A stretch of DNA of 64,000 nucleotides. Source: a candidate division WOR-3 bacterium. Lineage in GTDB: Bacteria > Hydrothermota > Hydrothermia > LBFQ01. Position 1 is the stretch's first letter. Every line of letters begins with the position of its first letter. The stretch spans positions 32,001-96,000 of the forward strand of contig JBDRWW010000004.1 of NCBI GenBank assembly GCA_039802605.1, read 5' to 3'. Below, piece after piece: positions 30,456 to 40,832 of this stretch. The notes beneath the pieces are model-generated. The model had not been told where the DNA came from. It was given only the letters and a program-made list of their open reading frames with translations, and made no database searches. Both the position numbers and the translations under genes were made by a program.

Positions 30456-31247
30456 ATGCTTTTAAACATTTCCGAATATGAAGAGGTTTTAAACTTTTAT
30501 GAGGAAATAAACAAAAAGGAGATTCAGCCAAAAAGGCTTGAAATTGACAGGGATAGGGATTTGTTCCAACAAACCATAACAAAACTTTCCGAATTAGGGG
30601 TATTAGACCAAGAAAACAACGAATTCCCATTACAGGTTAGGCTTTTGGCAATAATAACCCTTGCAAAGGGAGAACCTTCAATATCCCAATATGTTGGAAA
30701 GACTTGGGCTTTGGGGGATTTGGGGCTTGCAAGGTCGGAAAGTTTGGTTCAGTTTCCAAACGAGAGGGTTTATTATAACGGTAAAATAGCGGAGTTTGAG
30801 GGGGAAGGGGTTGAGGTTTTGGGGCTTAGGGCGTGTGGTTGGGCAAAGGGAAAGTTAAAGATTTTGGAAGATTATCCATTTGAAGTGCAACAAACCCTAC
30901 TCTTTTATGATATAGCCACATTAACCGGCATATCCTTGGCGGCTATGGAAGAGGCGGAGAATTACGCTAAGGAGAGGGTGGCCTTTGGAAAACCAATATA
31001 TGAATTTGAAGAGGTGAGGGGTTTCATAGAAAGGGGTAAATCCTTTGCGGAAGCTTTGAAAACCGCTCTCCTTTTAACGGATAACCCGGAAAAATTACTT
31101 AACTTGGCCATTGAAACCGCATACTTTTGCACGGATAAAGCATTACAGATATTCGGGGGGTACGGCTTCATAAACGAGTATCCCGTTCAAAAGTTTTTAA
31201 GGGATGCGAGGATGTTGAGGAGTTTGCTCATAAGAATGGTTCAATGA
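30456..31247 (+). CDS. Acyl-CoA dehydrogenase-family protein (short, degenerate N-terminal part)
   Basis: YAKERVAFGKPI and ALQIFGGYGFINEYPVQKFLRDAR; only 263 aa. Confidence 0.8.
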   Translation: MLLNISEYEEVLNFYEEINKKEIQPKRLEIDRDRDLFQQTITKLSELGVLDQENNEFPLQVRLLAIITLAKGEPSISQYVGKTWALGDLGLARSESLVQFPNERVYYNGKIAEFEGEGVEVLGLRACGWAKGKLKILEDYPFEVQQTLLFYDIATLTGISLAAMEEAENYAKERVAFGKPIYEFEEVRGFIERGKSFAEALKTALLLTDNPEKLLNLAIETAYFCTDKALQIFGGYGFINEYPVQKFLRDARMLRSLLIRMVQ

Positions 31248-31248
31248 G

Positions 31249-33039
31249 ATGAGGTTAAGGTTTGAAGAGGAGTATATAGAGGCGTTTTTTACCGGTTTAA
31301 CCCTTTTGTTCTTTCTGATTTCTTTGAAATACGAAATCGCTTGGATAGGTGCCTATATATTCGGTAGCATATTTACACTGAAATCAACCGTTGAATCTTT
31401 AAGGGAAAAAAGGGTTGATGTTGATCTTCTGATGCTCTTGGGTGCATACGGTGCGGCATACATAGGAAAGTTTCACGAAGGAGCATTCCTTTTATTACTC
31501 TTTAATCTCGGAAATACATTTGAAAAATTTGCATTTAAAATAAGCAAGGATTCTCTAAAAGATTTGTTGTCTTTAAGACCGGAGAGGGCATTAGTGTTAA
31601 AAAACGATCAATGGGAAGAGGTTTCAGTTGAAGAAATAGAGGCGGGTGATATGGTTCTCGTTAGGGCCGGGGAAAGGGTTCCGGTTGATGCGGAAATAGT
31701 TGAAGGAAAGGCATCCGTTGACCTGTCCCTTATAACCGGGGAATATATACCGGAGTTTAAGAAGGAGGGTGATAGGGTTGTTTCCGGTGCCTTGGTAATA
31801 GATGGGTCGTTAAAACTTAGGGCATTGGGAGGTATTAGGGAAAGTACCCTTGAAAAGATAATAAATCTCGTTATGGAAGCCCAGGATTTAAGGAGCAAAA
31901 CGCAAACATTGGCGGAATGGATAGGACAGAAATACACATTGGCCGTTTTATTAACATTACCATTGGTTTATGGATTGTTTTACCTGATTTTAAAAGATCA
32001 CTACCAAGCCTTTTATAGGTTGCTTATACATTTGGTGGTTGCATCCCCTTGCGCCTTTGTAATATCAACACCTTTAACGGTTATGTCCGCGATAGCATCG
32101 GCGGCAAGAAAGGGGATACTATTTAAAGGGGGGGCGGTTGTTGAGGATTTGCATAAGGTTAAATGGATAGCCCTTGATAAAACCGGAACCATAACGAGGG
32201 GAAAGCCAAGGTTGAAAGAAATAAGGGTTTTGTGCGGTTGCCATACGGAGGATGAGATTTTAACCATAGCGGCATCCCTTGAAAGTAACATAACCCATCC
32301 AATAGCCGAGGCTATAACATCAAGTGCAAGGGGGAAAAACTTGAAAACCTTGGACTTTAAAGATGTCAGTTATAAATTGGGTTATGGGGTTTCGGGTAGG
32401 TTAAACGAAAACATTTGGAAGGTGGTATCGGCAAGGGAAAGGAAGGAAAGCGGGATAGTTTTGTCGGTGAAAAAGGACGGCATAGACGAGGCGGTTTTAA
32501 TACTTGAAGATGAGTTGAAGGAGGGAGCAAAGGAGAGCATTCAAAGGTTGAAGGAAATGGGTTATAGGGTTATAATAATAAGTGGGGATAGGAGGGGGAA
32601 TGTTGAAAGTATAGCAAAGGCGGTTGGTGTAAATGAGTTTATTGCCGAGGCCTCTCCGGAAGATAAACTCAGGAAAATAGAAGAGCTTTCAAAGAGTGGC
32701 GGTTGTTGTATGGTTGGGGATGGAATTAACGATGGTCCGGCTTTGGCCGCCGCGACATTTGGAATTGCCATGGGAACATTGGCTTCGGATGTGGCTTTGG
32801 ATACATCGGATGTTAATATCCTTTCGGATAACATAAACCTTTTGCCCAAAGCTTTTGAAATATCCAAAAAATCCTACGGCATAATCCTACAAAACATAGT
32901 TATATCCTTGGGTTCTGTCGTCCTTATGATATTACTAAACCTTTTCGGGGTGATAAATATCCTCGTTGGAGTGATCGGTCATGAGGGAACGACGGTTTTG
33001 GTGGCCTTAAATGGGTTAAGGGCTTTGTTTTTGAAATGA
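31249..33039 (+). CDS. P1B-4 type heavy-metal ATPase (Co/Zn/Fe)
   Basis: TGE, SPC in TM, DKTGT, HP, GDGINDGP, HEGTT; no N-terminal metal-binding domain. Confidence 0.92.
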   Translation: MRLRFEEEYIEAFFTGLTLLFFLISLKYEIAWIGAYIFGSIFTLKSTVESLREKRVDVDLLMLLGAYGAAYIGKFHEGAFLLLLFNLGNTFEKFAFKISKDSLKDLLSLRPERALVLKNDQWEEVSVEEIEAGDMVLVRAGERVPVDAEIVEGKASVDLSLITGEYIPEFKKEGDRVVSGALVIDGSLKLRALGGIRESTLEKIINLVMEAQDLRSKTQTLAEWIGQKYTLAVLLTLPLVYGLFYLILKDHYQAFYRLLIHLVVASPCAFVISTPLTVMSAIASAARKGILFKGGAVVEDLHKVKWIALDKTGTITRGKPRLKEIRVLCGCHTEDEILTIAASLESNITHPIAEAITSSARGKNLKTLDFKDVSYKLGYGVSGRLNENIWKVVSARERKESGIVLSVKKDGIDEAVLILEDELKEGAKESIQRLKEMGYRVIIISGDRRGNVESIAKAVGVNEFIAEASPEDKLRKIEELSKSGGCCMVGDGINDGPALAAATFGIAMGTLASDVALDTSDVNILSDNINLLPKAFEISKKSYGIILQNIVISLGSVVLMILLNLFGVINILVGVIGHEGTTVLVALNGLRALFLK

Positions 33040-33440
33040 AAAATTTGGAGTTTTTGAAGGATTACATAAACAGGATAAAGGCGCATAGGGAAAAGTATCA
33101 CTGGGTGGGAATATATATTAAAAACGGGGATGTTTTGGAACTGTATCCATATTACATTGGAAGACCAACACCACACGAGAGGATAAACATAAATACGGGT
33201 ATATGCGGTGCGGCCGTCAGGGAAGGTATAACCATAAATGTCCCCGATGTGAATTCCGATCCGAGATACTTGGCGTGCTCTGTACATACAAAATCGGAAA
33301 TTGTTGTACCTATCTACAACAAAAGGGGTGAGGTAGTTGGAGAAATAGATATAGACAGCGATTTACCCAACGCTTTTGATGAAAAGGATAGGGTGTTTTT
33401 AGAGGGTATTGCCGAGGAGATCGGAAAAATTTGGCCGTAA
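33036..33440 (+). CDS. GAF-domain protein, free methionine-R-sulfoxide reductase-like (MsrC/YebR)
   Basis: WVGIY, GICG, VPDV...YLAC...SEIVVP, GEIDIDS. Confidence 0.8.
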   Translation: MKNLEFLKDYINRIKAHREKYHWVGIYIKNGDVLELYPYYIGRPTPHERININTGICGAAVREGITINVPDVNSDPRYLACSVHTKSEIVVPIYNKRGEVVGEIDIDSDLPNAFDEKDRVFLEGIAEEIGKIWP

Positions 33441-33482
33441 TCGCGGTTGAATTGGTAATCATACACCCTTAGAATATCAAAT

Positions 33483-35009
33483 ATGATATGGTTGGTATCG
33501 TTTACATTCAGCATTTGGAAATCCTTGGCGGGTGATAATAAAAATCAGGCGGTTCAGGTATTAGCAGGGGGAATATTATCACCAACCGCAAAATGGAGGA
33601 CGAACTTTGGTTTTGATATTGTAAACCTTCTATGGGCCTCGCCCGCTATATGTAATGTTTCCAATGCATACCCCGAAAATGAGGTGATAATAAAAGGGCA
33701 TATATCACTGAGTGGAAATACCACACTATATGCCCTAAGGGGTACAGACGGTACCATACTTTGGAGTATTTCATTTTTTGGTATGGATCCTTCAAGCCCC
33801 GCCTGTGGAGACCTTGACGGCGATGGGTTGGATGAGATTGTAACGAAGACTTTCTCGGATGGCTTAAAGGCTTTGGATAATGATGGAACGGTTTTATGGA
33901 CATTCCCAACCACCTATTCCTTTTCAAGCCCCAAAATAGAGGATGTCGTTTCTTCAAGCCCGGGTCCTGAGGTTATATTTATGGATCCAAGCGGTGGTAA
34001 TTTGGTCTTGTATGTCTTATCGGCGAGTGGAACCCCTATATGGACGGCTAATGTTGGAATAGCCGAACAACCCGCTGCAACCCCGGCCATTAGCGATATA
34101 GATGGTGATGGGGTTAAGGAAATAATAATAGCAACCCTTTACAGCGGTTTAAGGGTATATGATGGACAAACCGGAACGCTTGAATGGTCGTATTTCGCTC
34201 TGGCCATAAATCCAACACCTTCCGTTATTGACCTAAACAACGATGGTATTGAGGATATATTGTTTTCCAACAGTTCAACCATAATGGCCATTAGTGGAAC
34301 GGGAACATTTATGTGGTCTTTTAATTTAAGAGCCCATACCCCACCTTCCGATACCCATGTGGTACTTATGGAATATGTTGCTCCGGTATGGGATATAAAC
34401 GGTGACGGATTTCCCGAGATATGGCTCGGAGATGGTGGGGATTCCTCAAATGTAAATAGCCACTTATTAAGAATTGATCAAAACGGCTCTTCGGCCTCAA
34501 TCAACTGGTTATATGGGATAAATCAGTGGGCCTATGACGGTGGAGGGGGGCTTGTTGATATAAACAACGACGGTATATGGGATTTTATAAAGGCGGCGGA
34601 TAACGGGTATGTTTATGCGGTAAGGGCGGATAACGGAACACCTGTTTGGAATTTTAGGTTTGACAATTGCGGTTCGGGTGTTATAGATCCATCGGTTGCA
34701 ATAGGGGACATTGACGCGGATAACTGTTCAGAAGTGGTAATAATAGGTTGTCAGAGCAGCTTCTTAGGGGGAAATATAGTGGCCGTGGCAATAGACAACT
34801 CTACACCGGTTTCGTCCTGTGCCGTCCTCTCCCGTGATGATGAGCTAAAAGCTTCCGAAATGAAACCTTATGAAGGTGGGGAATTCAAGGTATATACCAC
34901 AAGCGGTAGGCTAATGGGTACCTTTAAACCGGGTCAAAGGATTAAACTCAAACCCGGATTTTATATAGTTAAAATGGGAACAAAAACCAAGGGTGTGCTT
35001 GTAAAGTAA
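33483..35009 (+). CDS. Secreted FG-GAP/PQQ-like beta-propeller protein with a T9SS-like C-terminal tail
   Basis: Repeated D[LI][DN]GDG..EI motifs alternating with G...W.F; tail VYTTSGRL...KPGFYIVK. Confidence 0.8.
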   Translation: MIWLVSFTFSIWKSLAGDNKNQAVQVLAGGILSPTAKWRTNFGFDIVNLLWASPAICNVSNAYPENEVIIKGHISLSGNTTLYALRGTDGTILWSISFFGMDPSSPACGDLDGDGLDEIVTKTFSDGLKALDNDGTVLWTFPTTYSFSSPKIEDVVSSSPGPEVIFMDPSGGNLVLYVLSASGTPIWTANVGIAEQPAATPAISDIDGDGVKEIIIATLYSGLRVYDGQTGTLEWSYFALAINPTPSVIDLNNDGIEDILFSNSSTIMAISGTGTFMWSFNLRAHTPPSDTHVVLMEYVAPVWDINGDGFPEIWLGDGGDSSNVNSHLLRIDQNGSSASINWLYGINQWAYDGGGGLVDINNDGIWDFIKAADNGYVYAVRADNGTPVWNFRFDNCGSGVIDPSVAIGDIDADNCSEVVIIGCQSSFLGGNIVAVAIDNSTPVSSCAVLSRDDELKASEMKPYEGGEFKVYTTSGRLMGTFKPGQRIKLKPGFYIVKMGTKTKGVLVK

Positions 35010-35034
35010 TCCTGCGGCCTTAAAATATCAAACC

Positions 35035-35475
35035 GTGCATATAACATTAAAGCCTAACGTTGCGAAAATAACTTTTAGGGGATTAAAGGATAGACCGGGC
35101 ACGGCGGCGGATTTGATATATGTTTTAAAGGATGAGGGTTTTACCCTTTTGGCCGCAAGTTTTGACAGTTCAACGGGGGGTGTGGGCGATATATCCTTTA
35201 TCATTTATGAGAGTGAAGGTTTGAAGGCAAAACGCAAGAAGGAAGAAATAGCGGAAAGATCAGGGGCAAGGGAGGTTATAGTTGATGCGGGGCTATCTTT
35301 TTTGGAATTCTTTGATGTTTTAAACCTTGAAGAGGTTTTTGAGAGGTTTGCGAGTTTGGGTATTAATATAGAGTTTATAGCAATGACTTCTGGACATTTG
35401 GGGGTGGCTTTCCGTAGGGCAAAGTTAAACGAAGTTATAGAAATGTTTCAAGCCGAAGTTATCAATTCTTACTAA
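35035..35475 (+). CDS. Stand-alone ACT-domain protein (aspartokinase beta-subunit-like)
   Basis: VAKIT..GLKDRPGTAA and VFERFASLGINIEFI..TS, two ACT-like repeats. Confidence 0.7.
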   Translation: MHITLKPNVAKITFRGLKDRPGTAADLIYVLKDEGFTLLAASFDSSTGGVGDISFIIYESEGLKAKRKKEEIAERSGAREVIVDAGLSFLEFFDVLNLEEVFERFASLGINIEFIAMTSGHLGVAFRRAKLNEVIEMFQAEVINSY

Positions 35476-35783
35476 TGAAGAAGTGGATTTTGGTTATTTC
35501 CCCTTCAATTTTGGGGCTTTTCCTTTTGTCCTTCAAAAACGAAAACATTGACGAAAGCGTTGGCGTGATAGTATTGCAGTTTGTAATGCTCGTACTCTTT
35601 GGGTTGATAACTTTGAGTTGGGTTTCAAGGTATATAAAGTTTGTGTATATAAATTGGCTTTTCGCCTTTGTGGGGATTATGAATCTTGCAATTGGTATTT
35701 TCGTGTTTCTTAGATTTTTGGACGGATATATTTCCCTACCCTTTTTCCTTATAGCATCTTACAGTTTTTTCAAAGTAAAATAA
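35475..35783 (+). CDS. Small membrane protein, hypothetical
   Basis: Three to four hydrophobic segments; TAATG coupling with the upstream gene. Confidence 0.6.
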   Translation: MKKWILVISPSILGLFLLSFKNENIDESVGVIVLQFVMLVLFGLITLSWVSRYIKFVYINWLFAFVGIMNLAIGIFVFLRFLDGYISLPFFLIASYSFFKVK

Positions 35784-35809
35784 AGTACTTCGGCCTTAGA
35801 ATAAAAATA

Positions 35810-36317
35810 ATGCAAACCGTTATAAAAGGGAAAAATTTGTTAGAGGCTTTAACCTATGAGGTGGTTGATGGGAAACCCATTTATTACCGGGGTTATAAGG
35901 GTGTTTTGGAGGGTAAAAAACAACCGGAGGAGGTTATGGGAAGTTCAACTTTACAAGCACTTTTGGTTTCAAGGTTATTTAAGCATCTGCTAAAACTTGA
36001 AGACAGTTGTTGATATAGGGATATTTGAAAAAAACAAGTTTAAACTCTCGGAGGGGTATTCCGATGTTGCCCCGATTGTTGCGATAGAGGTGGATACGAA
36101 GGCGGAATTGGAGAATATAACCTTTATGGAGTATGTTGGCGAAAAGGTTAAAGACCTGTTTGAAGCGGGAACACAAAGAGTTATATGGATATTAACAAAG
36201 CCGAAGATTGTTATGGTGTTTGAGAGGGGTAAAGAGGGAAGAATATTAACTTGGGAAGATGAGGTTGAGGTTTTACAAGGGCTAAGGGTTAAGTTGTTGG
36301 AACTCTTTCAGCATTAA
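35810..36317 (+). pseudogene. Uma2 (DUF820) family endonuclease, copy 1, frameshifted and deleted near 36000-36012
   Basis: YEVVDGKPIYYRGY...EEVMGSS in one frame; VDIGIF...VAIEVD...GTQRVIWI in another; the GEVG segment is missing. Confidence 0.75.
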
Positions 36318-36327
36318 AATGAAAGCA

Positions 36328-36809
36328 ATGGAAACCGTTGTTAAGGAAAAAAACCAGAAACTCCTGGAAGTTCTAACCTATGAGGTAGTTGATGGGAGAC
36401 CCATTTATTACCGGGGCTATAAGGATGCTTTGGAGGGTAAAAAACAGCCGGAGGAGGTTATGGCAAGCGGCGCCCTACATTCCAAGATATTATAGCGTTA
36501 GATAAGTTTAGAATTTGTGTAGGTGAAGTCGGGGTAAAAATAAACGATAGAAACATTAGGAGCCTGGATATGGCCATTTTTTATACGGAAGATACAAAAA
36601 TAGCCATAGAGATTGATATAAGGGCGAAAGTTAAGAATGACACGGATTATATAATTCAAAAAACAAACGATCTCCTAAGGTTCGGTGTTAAAAGGGTAAT
36701 ATGAGTGGTGTTTGAATTTGATAAGGATAAAGGGGGAAGAATCCTTCAATGGGACGATGAGGTTGAGGTTTTACAAGGGGTAAAGTTTAAGCTTTCGGAA
36801 TTGGTTTAA
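36328..36809 (+). pseudogene. Uma2 family endonuclease, copy 2, with internal stops and deletions
   Basis: Near-identical 5' part to copy 1; TAG at about 36491, frameshift, GEVGVKI...RSLDMAIF...IAIEID...GVKRVI then TGA. Confidence 0.75.
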
Positions 36810-37504
36810 ACACCCCTTTTATTCCCCCAAATTCTTATATGTATCCTATCCGAATATCTTAAATTGTGTTTTTTGCAAAGTTTCACAACCTCTTCTGCCA
36901 AAGGCAAATTCCCACTAATCCCTTCCGGCATTAAAAAAACGGAAAAAGGTCTGATATGCCCGGGCAATCGTAGTTTTTCAAGTATATCAAGGATTTCCCA
37001 TTCATCCCTTTGTGGGTCCGATATTACAAACTTTAAATATGCCCTACTTTGATGGATTAAAGGGGTAAATTCCCTTAAAACATCAAGGTTTATAGCGTTT
37101 TCGTTCCCACTACTCTTTAACTTTGGGGAAACCACAAAATAAACCCTATTATCATCCCTTAAAATCGGTGGAAACGTGCCGTTTGTTTCAAATTGAAACA
37201 TACCACCATCAACCCTTTTTATCCAATCCTCCCAAATTTTTGAATATAGCAGGGGTTCCCCTCCGGTTATAACCACTAAGGGTATTCCCCTTATATCATC
37301 CTTGAAATCATCAAATGTGTAGGGAAAACCCATTTCGTAATCCCCTTTGCTATACCTACTTTCCCCCCTAACATCCCAAGTATAATAGGAATCACACCAT
37401 TCGCATTTAAGATTACAACCCCAAACCCTTAAAAAAAGTGAAACAACCCCGATAAAGGGCCCCTCCCCTTGAATACTAATAAACTTCTCAACCAAGCGTA
37501 ACAT
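36806..37504 (-). CDS. queE: 7-carboxy-7-deazaguanine synthase (radical SAM)
   Basis: F.SIQGEG, CNLKCEWCDS, TGGEPL, ETNGT, VSPKL, LMPEG. Confidence 0.9.
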   Translation of the reverse strand: MLRLVEKFISIQGEGPFIGVVSLFLRVWGCNLKCEWCDSYYTWDVRGESRYSKGDYEMGFPYTFDDFKDDIRGIPLVVITGGEPLLYSKIWEDWIKRVDGGMFQFETNGTFPPILRDDNRVYFVVSPKLKSSGNENAINLDVLREFTPLIHQSRAYLKFVISDPQRDEWEILDILEKLRLPGHIRPFSVFLMPEGISGNLPLAEEVVKLCKKHNLRYSDRIHIRIWGNKRGV

Positions 37505-38276
37505 CCAAGAATAACATCAAAACCAAACCCAACATAAATCCGAATGTTGCCAACCTCTCGTGCCCAAACCTGTGGGTTTCCGGAATTATCTCATCGCTTA
37601 TTACATACAACATGGCTCCGGCGGCAAAACCCATAGCATAGGGCAATATCGGTTTGAATAAATATACCAAGGTTGCACCCAGAATTGCCAGAGGTAATTC
37701 TATCAAACCCGAGCGCAATCCGGTATAAAATGCGTAAAACCTCTTACCTAAACCCGCGTTTATAGCCCCCAAAGAAACCGCCAAGCCTTCCGGTATATTC
37801 TGTATTCCTATCGCAAGCATCAGAATAATGGCTTCTTTCAAATTTCCCGAACCAAAACCAACCCCAACCGCCAGACCCTCGGGGGCATTGTGTATAGTTA
37901 TCGCTATTATGAAAAGTATAACCCCCTTTAACCTCTTAACATCAACACCCTCCCTACCCCTTATAAAGTGTTCGTGAGGAATTAAGTGGTCTGCCAAGTC
38001 CATAACAACCGCCCCGAGAATTAAACCCATTAAAACCGGAAAGATACCTCCTATTTCTATGCCCGGTAATATCAAACTCGTAAAACTCGCCGCAAGCATA
38101 ACACCCGCCGCAAAGCCCAAAGAGGAATCAAGAAACTTTTGTGATACATTCCCCAAAAATATCACAAATAACGCCCCAAGGGTATTAAGGGTCACTATCA
38201 CTATACCTCCAAAAAATCCATGCCATATTGGGTTATTGGGTAGGTAATTTTCAAAGATCTTTATTATGAGTTCCAT
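37488..38276 (-). CDS. ZIP family metal transporter (GufA/ZupT-like)
   Basis: GFAAGVMLAASF, PHEH, HNAPEGLAVG, QNIPEG, EIIPE. Confidence 0.92.
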   Translation of the reverse strand: MELIIKIFENYLPNNPIWHGFFGGIVIVTLNTLGALFVIFLGNVSQKFLDSSLGFAAGVMLAASFTSLILPGIEIGGIFPVLMGLILGAVVMDLADHLIPHEHFIRGREGVDVKRLKGVILFIIAITIHNAPEGLAVGVGFGSGNLKEAIILMLAIGIQNIPEGLAVSLGAINAGLGKRFYAFYTGLRSGLIELPLAILGATLVYLFKPILPYAMGFAAGAMLYVISDEIIPETHRFGHERLATFGFMLGLVLMLFLDVTLG

Positions 38277-39430
38277 ATAGCCTTTCTAACCTCTTCCATC
38301 GTACTTTCCGCAACATTTAAAGCCTTTTTGGAACCTTCAATTATAATATCCATAACATCGTCATCGGATATGTTTTCAGCCTTTTCCCTATAAGGTTCAA
38401 GGGATTTTATGAGATTATCGGTTAGCCTATTCTTACACTCCACGCATCCGAGTTTTCCGGATTTGCAATCACCTTCTATTTGTTGCGTTTCGTTTTGGTT
38501 AAACGCCTTATGAAGGTAAAATATCGGACATATCTCCGGTCTTCCGGGGTCGTTTTTCCTGATCTTCATGGGGTCGGTTATGCTCCTTCTAACCTTCTCC
38601 CTTATTGTATGCGGTTCATCGGAAATGAATATGGCGTTGTTATAGGATTTTGACATTTTCCTCCCATCCGTTCCCAATATTTTTGGTATTTCCGTTAATA
38701 GGGGTTCGGGTATTGGGAAAACTTCGCCATAAATCCTATTAAAATCTCTCGCTATCTCCCTGCTGAGTTCTAAGTGTGGCAATTGATCCTCCCCTATTGG
38801 AACAACTTCTCCCTTATAAAGTAGTATATCAGCCGCCTGTAAAACCGGATAACCCAAAAATCCATAAGATATTTCCGATGGTATTGTGCCCTCTTCAATG
38901 TCTGCAAAGGATAACCTCTCAAAAATCTCCTCTTTTATTCTACCTATTAAACTCCTCAACATATTCTCACCTTTAACTTCATCTTCGTTTCTTATGAATT
39001 CGGCTATGCTTTTAATCTCACCCTCAACCGATAAGTTTTCAAGGTTTAATGAAACCTTAACTTCGCTTTTCTTTTTTCTTATCTCCGCAACCTTTTCCTT
39101 AAATGTGGGATTTCTCAAAAGTCTATTTACGGAAACGAGCATGGAGAATGCCAAGTGCAATTCCGCATGTTGTGGAACCAAAGATTGCCTAAAAATAACG
39201 GATCTTTCCGGGTCTATACCAACCGCAAGCCAATCCTTAACCATATCCAAGGTATTCCTGGAAATATCCTTATTTCTTGTGGGGTCATCTGTTAGGGCAT
39301 GCCAATCCGCAATTTCAAAATAGCAGTTGTATTCGTTCTGTAAATTAACCCAATTTTCAAGGACACCCTTTAAATGCCCCAAATGCATCCTACCCGTCGG
39401 TCTCATACCCGATAAAACCGTTTTTTTCAT
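38264..39430 (-). CDS. trpS: Tryptophan--tRNA ligase with an internal insertion
   Basis: SGMRPTG.MHLGH, YPVLQAADIL, GEDQ, KMSKS; start reassigned to ATG 39430. Confidence 0.96.
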   Translation of the reverse strand: MKKTVLSGMRPTGRMHLGHLKGVLENWVNLQNEYNCYFEIADWHALTDDPTRNKDISRNTLDMVKDWLAVGIDPERSVIFRQSLVPQHAELHLAFSMLVSVNRLLRNPTFKEKVAEIRKKKSEVKVSLNLENLSVEGEIKSIAEFIRNEDEVKGENMLRSLIGRIKEEIFERLSFADIEEGTIPSEISYGFLGYPVLQAADILLYKGEVVPIGEDQLPHLELSREIARDFNRIYGEVFPIPEPLLTEIPKILGTDGRKMSKSYNNAIFISDEPHTIREKVRRSITDPMKIRKNDPGRPEICPIFYLHKAFNQNETQQIEGDCKSGKLGCVECKNRLTDNLIKSLEPYREKAENISDDDVMDIIIEGSKKALNVAESTMEEVRKAIWNS

Positions 39431-39482
39431 AAGGGTTGGTATTCTAAGCCCGCACGGTTTTCCCCCATATAATACCCGCATT

Positions 39483-40832
39483 ATGAAAAGGTTTTTGGTT
39501 TTATTATCCTTAGGCCTATTTCTAATATATGGATGTAAGAAGGCCGGTCAGGAGGTATTGGAGATCAAAAAGGGTAAGATAGAAGAGGTTATAATAAATG
39601 TACATCCCGCCCTCGGTATAGTGAATCCAAAGGCTTTGGTATATTTACCACCAGATTACGACCCAAACAAGAAATATCCGGTTATTTATATGCTCCATGG
39701 GTTTGGAGGTGATTATAGGACATATGTGTATTACAACGGGGTTAATGAGATACTTGACTATATGATTTCCACCGGGCAAATGGACCCGGTTATAGTTGTT
39801 ATGCCCGATGGTAGAAACCTCGTAGGCGGTTCATTTTATACGAATTCAAGGCTTTATGACCCTTCAAGTCAAACATATATGCCATTAACGGTATTCGGGG
39901 ATTACGAAACATATATGATAGACAGCTTGGTTGCGCAAATAGAAAGGAAATATCCCGTTAAAGGTGGTAGGGAAAATAGGGCTATTATGGGTTTGTCAAT
40001 GGGCTCATACGGTTCGGCAAAACTATGGTTAAAGCACGCGGACATGTTTGGAGTTGTCGCTTTACATTCGGGTCCATTGGCGTTTGATATGTTAATTGAC
40101 GAAAATGTTGTTGATAGTTTGTTAAAGGATTTTGAGGAAATAGGTGGTAAAAAACTCTGGATAAAGGATTACCTTGGAAGGGAACACCCCTGGCTAACCC
40201 TCGGCAACGGTTTGTCCGCGGCCTTTACCCCAAGGGTTGTCCCTTATAGCAACCCCACAGATTGGAGGGTCATACAGAACTGTTATTATCCGGGGGGTTT
40301 GGATTCCATAAACGGTGATTTCCTGCTTGATACCATGTTTATACCATCCTTTGGGATAAAGGTTTGTGTTGGTGTAAGGTTTCCAATGAGGTGGGATACA
40401 ACGGGTCCTTATGCCTCATGCCTAACAACCGAACAGCAGGCCAAGCCCAACGCAAAGATGATATCCGAGGATTTTTGCGTTTGGAAAAAGTATCACGATC
40501 CATACACATTAATAGATTCCGCGGAGATTAATTTCCCAACGGAGTTTAGAAATACAAAGGTTTATATTGATGTGGGGTTAAAGGATGAACTAACCCTTTT
40601 GTCCCATAATAGAAAGTTTAAGGATAAGCTAAGGTCCAAGGGTTTAACAAACATCGTTTATGTTGAATTTGATGGCGCTTTGGGTTATCCAGCCGAACTC
40701 TTCCCCGGAAAGCACAGCAATTGGCTTTATGCGAGGCTGAAGAAATCCTTCACATTCATAAACAGGGCGTTCAAAGGCGAGGATATAAAAGCCGGTGAGT
40801 ATAAGCAGTACGAAGGAAAAGACTATGAGTGA
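39483..40832 (+). CDS. Lipoprotein alpha/beta-hydrolase (putative esterase)
   Basis: Lipobox IYGC; VYLPPDY...[19 protein letters not shown] nucleophile; start reassigned to ATG 39483. Confidence 0.85.
   Translation: MKRFLVLLSLGLFLIYGCKKAGQEVLEIKKGKIEEVIINVHPALGIVNPKALVYLPPDYDPNKKYPVIYMLHGFGGDYRTYVYYNGVNEILDYMISTGQMDPVIVVMPDGRNLVGGSFYTNSRLYDPSSQTYMPLTVFGDYETYMIDSLVAQIERKYPVKGGRENRAIMGLSMGSYGSAKLWLKHADMFGVVALHSGPLAFDMLIDENVVDSLLKDFEEIGGKKLWIKDYLGREHPWLTLGNGLSAAFTPRVVPYSNPTDWRVIQNCYYPGGLDSINGDFLLDTMFIPSFGIKVCVGVRFPMRWDTTGPYASCLTTEQQAKPNAKMISEDFCVWKKYHDPYTLIDSAEINFPTEFRNTKVYIDVGLKDELTLLSHNRKFKDKLRSKGLTNIVYVEFDGALGYPAELFPGKHSNWLYARLKKSFTFINRAFKGEDIKAGEYKQYEGKDYE

Noticed and set aside
36806..37504. 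queE next to nuclease remnants as a 7-deazaguanine DNA modification (Dpd) island
   Set aside because: No dpdA/tgt-like or other dpd genes; queE lies in a trpS-ZIP housekeeping operon on the opposite strand
38875..39085. Intein in trpS
   Set aside because: Too short and lacks the C/S start and the HN-C/S/T end
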